Shown here: positions 55,705 through 64,000 of the stretch, in pieces | How the letters are laid out: the number at the start of each line of letters is the position of its first letter | Numbering within the stretch: position 1 is the stretch's first letter | Origin: Halocafeteria seosinensis | Taxonomy: Eukaryota | Direction of reading: 5' to 3' | Assembly (NCBI GenBank): GCA_001687465.1 | Contig: LVLI01000033.1 | Coordinates: 1-64,000, forward strand | Length of the DNA stretch: 64,000 bases | Notes under the pieces: model-generated | Told to the model about the DNA's origin: nothing | The model's input: only the letters and a program-made list of their open reading frames with translations | The model's database searches: none | Program-made: the position numbers and the translations under genes

Positions 55705-58700
55705 TTAGGGTCGTGAAGCCGAGGGCAGAACTGGACTAAACTCTTTCTTAGAAACGTAATCAAACTCACGGCGTGGGATTCGTTTGTTTGTTACCTCGCT
55801 GCTCCTCGAGTTATGCATGTTGCGCTTCGCAAAGTCCAGTCGAGTTGCGGTAATGGTGGGGTTTTGCCTGGTTAGCGAGCTGTCCGATGCCACTTCGTCT
55901 TTGCTGGAGGATTCCAATTCGATTTCTAGCAATGGTGGCGGCTCGGCGAGAAGGGTTGCTTTCCATTTTCGCAGCTGTAGCCAGGCACGATTTCCACGAC
56001 CCATAGATGTGGTATCTACATCAAATATTGAAGCCACTTTCTTCGTGGTCTGATTACTGACTGAATTTCTTTTTTCTACTCGCCGAAGGTTGGGCTTGAT
56101 GGCTGATACAATGCGAACATTCTCATGAGAGACTGAATGAGACCGCGGATCGACAAATTCAACAGATGGCCGAGAGTGCTGAGCTGCTCCGCTGCTGGAG
56201 GAAGTTGCCGGTGTACTGGTAGTGTGGAGATTCTGGAACAATTTTTTTCCAGACCGGTGGGTTTCATTCATTTTTCTCGTGCTTCGTGCTTTTTCCCCGG
56301 CAAATGCAAACTTCCCAGTCGGTCGCTTAGGGCACCCTATGGGCTCCGATATTTCCCGTTCAGGGTTCTTCTTTCCAAGTGGATCAATCGCATTTAGCTC
56401 TAGTTCAGGTGCTTGATTGCCATTTACGAGGGTGCTTCTATTCGTTGCTGTTTTATCCCGAGTTTGAGTTGCCAAAGGATTCGCTTGAAACACTGGGAGC
56501 TCGTTACCGGATGTGGTCGATTCAATTGTATTTGGAATAATTTGGGTAGAGTGAGTCTCAAGAGAGTTGTTATCTGCATGACAATGCTTCTGCATATTGT
56601 CCACAGAGATACCATGGAGCTCAGCATAACGTTGTCTGCGAGGCGATTGTTGCGTCGACGCTTGTATAAAACTAAGAATATCCCGAAGGTACCGAAACAG
56701 CTAATCGATGCTGAAACTACCACCTGAGAGGTTGTCCACAGCATTGAATCGGTGCCAGGGGCCGAACCAGTAAGACCTTGCTGGAGGGACAATGACGGGC
56801 TACTCGTTGAAACGAGTCCGCTGGAGCTTGCAGTAGGCTTTGAAGTAATAGTGTTGGAGAGCGAATTGCTATTAGAGCCTGTTAAGCTTTGTCTTGGCGA
56901 GAGGCCTACTGTGCTCGAGATGGACGCCATAGTACTCTTGGTAGAAGTAGGTGTCTGTGACACGGAGCTCGAAGGGGTTGGTGACGAAGAAACGGAAGCA
57001 CTGATACTTTGACTTGAGCTCCCAGTTACACTTCCGGAGTTGGATCGTGACGTCGACACACTAGGTGTCGACGACCATGTAGAGCTTCGTGAACGACTCG
57101 CCGTGCTAGTTGCTGAGTGCGTCGGTGTTGCTGAAGTGGACAATGTAGACGTGGAGGTGGTAGAGGGAGTGCTTGATGGTGAGACGGAAGGAGACGTCGA
57201 GCTGGTAGGACTGGAAGTGAACGTGGTAGTGATTGTGGACGTTACAGTATTAGACTCGGATATTGAGGCAGTCGGCGTCTTTGATGTCGTTACCGATACG
57301 GTAGGAGTTACCGTGGCAGTCCTCGTAGATCGTGGGGTTGGGGTCGACGATGTAAGTAGTTGAAAACGAAGAATGGGCAAGTGTTTGGGGCCACTGATGG
57401 CCCATGTGCTGTTGCTCCAGAATGGTTGATATAATCGGCCTCTTATATCCTCTAATTCTCCAGAATTCCCAGTAGTTTTCAAACTACTTGAAGGCTTGGT
57501 TCCCACTATTTCTGCAGAGGCGCCGTCTTTAGCGGTCCCGTTATACACACAATAATGCACTTGGATTTCAGCACTGTTGTCGTTAGGTATACTGCCTATG
57601 ATTGTACCAGCTTCAGAGTGAGTAACAACACCGGAGGCATAGGTGTCTGCAATATTTAACAAACTTTCCTCATGGTTGTCCCCTGTGTGATCCCCTGCAA
57701 TACCTCCTGAATGTTTTCCATGGATATTTCCTCGAGTATAACAATTAATAATGTGCACATTTCCGCTGCTAACTGCCGTGCGATGTCCACTAATCCCGCC
57801 GCTTTCATCTGCGGATAGTTCTCCAGTGCTGAAACACTCTTCAATATGTACGGTCCCACCACTGGCTCCAGATCCGCCTCCTATGATTCCACCACTTGCT
57901 TCAGCACTTTCTAGAATATCTCCTAACGAGTATGATTGGAAGACGAATACTTCTGCTTGACCGAAACCAGGATGATCTCCCAAAACACCCCCTGCTACAA
58001 ACCCACCGATATGTCCCATAGAGTAGCACCGTGTTACATTGACACGCCCTTGATTGTCCCCCACATGTTCTCCTGTGATACCACCACCATGGGAATGCTG
58101 CGCACTACCTATCTTCCCACTCGAAAATGAATTCATAATCTTGATTTCACCGTTATCTCTACCACAATAGGAACCACAGATACCACCGGCTCCGTAGGCG
58201 AGAATATCCCCTGTGGAGCTACATGAATCAGCAACAAAAAACCTTTGATCTTTCCGCACTATAAAACCAGCATGCTCTGCAATTACTCCACCCTTAACGC
58301 GCATATTTTTGATCAGTGGAGCATCATCAAAGGACGCAACATGCTCCATAATTGCAAATAGTCCTTTAAAACCCGCAGTTCCATTCAAGTCAATAACGCC
58401 CCCGTAACGTCCTCCACCATCAAACACTTCATTTGCATCCAGCGAGATGTATGTGTCAGCACCATACGAATGGACTGCCCATTGTAGCACACTACAATTC
58501 ATTTGGAACTGTTGCATCTCCGGGACGAAGTGAAAACAGAGTTCGTTTCCCTTCATTATCCTGTCCCGTAGGTCTGCCCCGTTAACAACAATCCCAAAGG
58601 CCAGGAAAAAGACGAAGAGAAACACTCCTAGAACGTCGCACGGGTAGCTCGGTAATGATCTCTTGATCCACTTGGAGGCGTATCGCATTCTTTCGTGCTG

Positions 58701-59162
58701 CACTGCTCTCTGGCTGATTCCCATATTGCAGTGAAATACCCTGCTTCCTAGGAAGCCTAAACCTCCAGCGGCCAGGGTCATTATAGGCAGGCTTGTACTG
58801 AGTAAAGATTTCTCTTGCTGTTGATAGTGTGTAATGCTCGGCCCATTTGTAGCAACGCCTTTGTCCGTTAAAGTGAATCCCAATGCCCCCATACTCGACG
58901 CTTTGAAAAAATCGCAGGAGCCGAACCATTCACTTCCACTGGGAAACAATTGTGCTTGCCAGTTGTCGAGTCCACTCCAACCATTATCTGCGTCGACGAT
59001 ACTTTGGGTTCCCGTGTCATCAGCTGCAGCAGTAGCAGATACCGCATAGATTGATGCTGTGCAAAGAACCAAGCAGGTTGCGGTGCAACACCTTGACTTT
59101 TTTCTATCCTCAGATTTGCTTCCCACGTTCATGTTCTCCCGGCCTTTTACTCGCCTTATCAT
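55705..59162 (-). CDS. single-pass GLUG-repeat protein: head, S/T stalk, TM, ~310-aa cytoplasmic tail (frameshift just after the TM, ~56650)
   Basis: ORF 56424..59162 gives the head, stalk and TM VVVSASISCFGTFGIFLVLY-KRRR. The overlapping frame continues RQRYAELHGISVDNMQK into ORF 55705..56604. Confidence 0.8.
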
Positions 59163-59649
59163 CGGGTTCTACAGCTGTTCAAGGTCTGCCTCTCCTCGTC
59201 TAATCGCGGGGTTCGATTCTCAGTTGATGAGTGGTGGAATTTGGAAGCTTGGTTCAAGACCTCGGCACTTTCGGTTCTCCCAAGCCAGCTCCGTTACACA
59301 GCACACGAGTCTACCCTATCATTTGCAGTTTATGAACGAGAGAGAAAAGTGCTTACTGTATGTCCTCCTTGCTCGTTGACTAGTCGCGACGTCCCACAAG
59401 AAGCCAGTGAGGTGGTGTACAGGCTATGCGTTTCTCCCACAAGCACAGAGTGGTCTATTCTACGTTCTTGTTCGATAATCCTAACAATCCTAGTAATGTG
59501 CTGCCATCTTGTGGAGGAGCCAGATTCTCTGACCCAGAGATCGCACACAGCTGCGTTGCGACTGGTGTCATCGTGCCCCATTTACTCAAAATCAGAATCG
59601 TCGGCATATCACTCGCATACTGCTGAATTTTGAATGCCTAGTCAGACAA

Positions 59650-60650
59650 TCGAATCCCATCCCGGGTGAAGCGCTGCTCGCTTGATACTCGAACTATTTC
59701 ATGTTGTGGTCACTCAGCACGTTTACTTCTCCGCTCCCATGTATATGACATTGCAAGAATCATCAGTGCGACAATGAAGCACCGCCGCTCATTGATTCTA
59801 AGAAGTATACTACTGTCTCATCGGTTCATGAGAGAAGCATTGACGAAGATGCTGCCGAATAACTTGATTGCCAGTAAGGTAAGATGTGAGACATACCGGC
59901 TACTGACTGGAACTACAGACTAGCTTGCGATTTCTGAATTTCTTCCCCTTTCCACTGCCCTACTCTTGATGTGATGTGTCGTAGAAGGCAAACTTCTATG
60001 GCGGCGATTCCCTTCTATTCGATGAGAATGCGATCTGCGCTTGACTGCAGTTCTCATTGCTGAAATAGCCTCTTCAGTTGTTTCATGGGATGGAGGAGGA
60101 TGATCTGTTTGAGAACTTGAGTGTTTTGAGACTCGCTGACTCAAAAGTGGTGCCACATCTAGGACAAAGCACTGCTTGAAGGAATTCAGACTGCCTGTAC
60201 CTACTTCATTTCCCTCATCCCGTAAGTCACAGATGCTGTGCTGGGAGACTGAGCGGGTAGGCCACCAGATGTGACACCGTGCGGTCCGTGCCGAATCCAT
60301 TATGTCGGATGCAGGGCTATTACCGCCGTGGAGGATTATATAACAGCAGGTTTAGTTACATATTTAAAGCTGAGGAAGCAGGGGAGGAATAAACCTTGTA
60401 CCATACGAACATTGGAGCACTTTGGCAAACAGGACGACTCACTCAAACTCCGGTCAAGCAGCAGTATGGCCCTTCAACCGCATTCAAACAGTACGCCAAG
60501 CGCAGAGCTGCTATGCCAAACTCCATCTCTCGAACTGCGCTTTTACTGGCACAGTTTGTAAGCTCGGTGACTTGTGCCGGTGCGAAGAACAAGCAAGGCT
60601 TTGGAAAAGAGCCGTTGCGCGGTCGCATTGCGACCGCCGTTCAATCTGTT
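59650..60650 (+). pseudogene. possible decayed LTR-retrotransposon integrase
   Basis: Weak motifs HPG (59658), SIMSDAG (~60295) and PSTAFKQYAKRRA (STAYHPQxNG-like, ~60470) in integrase order. Very degenerate. Confidence 0.3.
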
Positions 60651-61026
60651 TTCCTTGCATAAATAAACCATGTACGACACATTAGTCAACATCACGACAG
60701 TCGTATCGATTAGGTACCAAGAATTGTATTCATGCCATGCGATCCGCGCGTATCGAGGTGGTGTGTTTGCTCGAAATAGGTAGTAAGTGCACTGGAGCGG
60801 GGAAAGTGAGTCGTTAATCTCGTTTATCTCAGCAAGTGCTTCTATTATTCTTCGCCTTCATCCAGGGAAATACGCAACCATTTACCACACCACTCAGCAT
60901 CGATATAAGAGATATGCAGGTGGTAATGAAGGTCTGGAAATCATAATTCGCCCTTCATCACAATTTCGGCGTCCAGTTTCGATCTCGGTTCGTTCAAGTC
61001 ATTTTCATCTGTCCCGCCAAAAATAA

Positions 61027-64000
61027 ATGGTTCGTTGCGAAAGTGCAACCAGGACGGCTAGAATATCGATGGTAGGCGGTGGAATGCTCGTGGTAGCTGG
61101 GTTGATCCTCCTTCTTGCTGAAACCCGCAAAGCTCCAGAGAAACCAACGCAAGCTTCCAGGCACAGTGAGTACCATCCAGAGACTGCATCGGCCCCAATG
61201 GCCACTGAGGAGAAACGAAACGAATTGAGAAGGATCCCGCCTGGTGCGGCGCTACCCCCCGTGGATGCAACACATCCTGTGATGAAAGACCAGGAAGTCA
61301 TCTTCGCGCGAAGGCTGGCGGACGATGCATCGTCATGTTGCAGCATCGAGGATAATGTTCTCGAAAAGTGTAGCGATTGCACTCTAGGAGCTATTGTGTA
61401 CGTTAACAGCTCTGGAGTACTTATTGCTGTAGACCAACCTTTGCTGTATTTGTGTCTCCCTCCGCAGAGATTTAAGTGGCCTAGGACTGGTTGAGGTGAA
61501 GAACGGTGCCTTCTCTGGGACTAACAAGGATGACGTTGGCACGATGTGGGTGTACACCGGTTCGTCAGAAAAGTTTCTGGGCTGATAAAGTGTTACTTGT
61601 CCGCAGGAATTTTAGTACAAACCAACTGTCGTCCCTATCAAACAATATTTTCAACGGATTTTCAAACTTGGAAACCATGTAAGATAATCATTTTATAACG
61701 CATGTATGCTCCTCCATTATTGGCTAACAGTTATTCTCTCAACCATGCAGTGACCTGAGCAAGAACGTTTTTGAAAGTCTTCCAACCGGCATCTTTGATG
61801 CACCACCTGTTGTCAAAATGTGAGATGGCAAATATCAAAGCTCTTAGGAGTACTGAACTCAAGCATTTTATGCGTTGCAGTGATCTGCAAAGTAACCAGT
61901 TCAGTGAAATTGATGCTTCCCTGTTTGAAGGTTTAGACTATTTATCCTACGTGTAAGTGATAAGTTGTGACATTAAACTATCCATCTCCTGCGCCAATGC
62001 AACTTGCGTTCAAATTCCACAGAAATTTAGACAACAACCTGTTAGAATCGCTTGAGCAAAGCGTCATCCAGGAGCTGGCGGGTGTGCGAGAACTGTGAGT
62101 TACTTTCGTTTTGTCTGAAGACACTGTGTAACGTCTTTACCATTTTGCCGCTGTACTGCAGATATCTAAGAGGTAACGAGCTGAACTACTTGGTGAGATG
62201 CTCACTTGAAGCATTCGATGAAGCAAATAAGAGCGTCTCGCTATTTTTGGCGGCAAACCCGGGTGCGACGCAACCATGTACAGACTATTCGAGTTACCAG
62301 TCGCACCCAATCATTGACGATACGAAGTTCTGCATATTGGAATGCTCTTCTCCCAGCCCTACTGCTAGCGTCAGCGCGACCCCTTGGGAAACTAGCACAT
62401 CTACATCAACTTCATCTTCGACGCCATCGACTTCGCACACGTCGAGCCCTACTGCTAGTGCTTCCGTTAGCGCCACTCTTACATCGAGTATATCCCCGAC
62501 CTCGTCCGCAAGCTTGACTGCAACCTCTTCCTCCTCATGCTCGCCTACGCCTTCTTCTACTCCAACGCCTTCGACATCGCCCACGTCCAGCCCTACCGTT
62601 AGTGCCTCCGTCAGCACCACTCTTACATCGAGTATGTCCTCGACCTCGTCCGCAAGCTTGACTGCAACTTCTTCCTCCTCATGCTCGCTTACTCCTTCCT
62701 CTTCGACCAGCACTACTCCTAGTGTTTCACTCAGTGCTAGCGCTACCGCTTCGGGAAGTGGATCACCGACTCCGTCCAAAAGCTCCAGTGCAACGAAGTG
62801 TTCTCCGTGCTCATCGACAGCTTCGTCTTCGTTCACCACGGGCACTTTTCCTACCTCTTCTAGTAGCGCCAGCATGTCTTCGAGTAGCGCATCGACACTG
62901 TTTACTACAACAGGGTCACCGTCCGGCTCGTTCACGAGTTCGTCGTCGTACACTGCCAGCACTTCTCCTAGCCCCTCTAGGAGCACCAGGATTTCTGCAA
63001 GTAGCTCATCGACATTGTTCACCACAGCACTGCCCCCATCAGGTTCGTTCACGAGTTCGGCTTCGAACACCGCGACCACCTCTCCTACCCCCTCTAGCAG
63101 CACCAGCATTGCTTCCAGTAGCTCATCGACATTGTTCACCACAACGCAGTCCCCATCGGGCTCGTCCAGCAGATACCCGACCATGTCGAAGAACGCTACG
63201 GCAGCACCCTCCTCTTCCGGCTCATCAACAGCCTCGTCTTCCTACAGCGTCTCATCCAGTCCTAGAACTAGTTCAAGTAGTTTGCCGATCTCACCCTCTG
63301 CAACAATCTCCTCCTCTCGTTCGTCCACGCCTTTCCGCTCGGACGGTTTAAGCGCAACATCTAGTACGTCATCATCTCCGTCGCATAGCCCCTCAGCGAG
63401 AGTCAGTTCAACGGCCTCTTCCTCAGGATCAGCTTCGCGTACACACACAGCCAGTTTTGTTATCACATCGAGTGCATTTGCAACTCCCACACGCAGTGAG
63501 AGTGCCTCGCTGAGTGCATCGTTAAGCCCGACCCGATCTTCAACATTCACCGCGTCGTCCTCCAGAACTCCTTCGCTTACATCTACTTCCAGTCCAACGG
63601 GGACAGCGGCTCGTAGCCCGAGTGCCTCATTATCCCCGACCAGCCGTTCAAGTGCAACAGCAACGGCATCAACCACCGTTTCCCCTACTGGTACCGTTAC
63701 GCCGACACCTACGAATATCCCACTGCCTCCAAACAGCACTCTCACCCGGATTTCGTCGTGCGGGAAAGAGCATGACCGTAATTGTATTGGTGCGGAATTC
63801 CAGCCTCGAGTGGATGCTACAATCGCTCTAGCTACTCCAGTTCTTCTTAATTCTACTACTCTACAAAGCCAATCTGTTACTCAAGTCGAGGTCCAGAGCA
63901 TCCATGGAGAGCTGCCGTTATTCGGTCTGAGTTGCCGGGAGGCCATGCTGTCGAACTCCACTGTGAATGCCGTTTACTCGGGGTGCCAAAGGAAATTCGA
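61027..64000 (+). CDS. surface receptor-like protein with LRR head (one LRR per exon), S/T stalk and start of the shared body; runs off the right edge
   Basis: Exon 1 61027-61397 carries a signal-like segment. LRR exons at 61468-61545, 61607-61678, 61751-61819, 61881-61952, 62023-62094 and from 62162. A long open S/T exon from ~62284 ends ..LSCREAMLSNSTVNAVYSGCQRKF, matching the C...(F/Y)(S/T)GC motif that opens the body of the three giant paralogues. Confidence 0.85.
62440..63190 (+). repeat. coding tandem repeats in the S/T stalk (144-bp x2, then 117-bp x~3)
   Basis: AGCCCTAC..CTCTTACATCGAGTAT units at ~62445 and ~62589; CATCGACA(C/T)TGTT units at ~62890, ~63007 and ~63124. Confidence 0.8.

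Noticed and set aside
59200..59230. GGTTCGATTC T-loop-like motif (similar weak motif near 17650)
   Set aside because: No cloverleaf or acceptor stem can be folded around it; not called as tRNA.
62294..63745. Long Val/Glu/Asp-rich minus-strand ORFs (also 26461..26961, 35165..35941, 53824..54204, 57040..57363)
   Set aside because: Antisense shadows of Ser/Thr-rich stalk codons, not independent genes.

Overview
Eukaryotic (protist-like) genomic DNA with short GT-AG introns, microsatellites and many transposon relics; a heterotrophic stramenopile-type organism is a guess only. The left ~20 kb is TE-rich. It holds a head-to-head pair of CRE-like non-LTR retrotransposon fragments, with an RNase H upstream of the zinc fingers and RT. 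It also holds a hAT-like MITE, a multi-exon Crinkler/RHS-type NTPase+REase gene, a complete-ended pogo-like DNA transposon that appears to encode a C-terminal chromodomain, and decayed Ty3/Gypsy pol fragments. The rest is dominated by a cluster of large cell-surface genes built from interchangeable modules: an N-terminal head (GLUG-repeat, F5/8-type-C-like or LRR), a Ser/Thr mucin stalk, and then either a shared body (Ig-like/Cys-rich ectodomain plus ~9-TM domain with a conserved cytoplasmic tail), a single TM, or nothing. The LRR head is encoded one repeat per symmetric phase-2 exon. A divergent pair sits inside the cluster: a P-type IIC-like ATPase with altered ion-binding residues and a urea transporter-ankyrin fusion. 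All calls come from reading motifs by eye; no searches were run.
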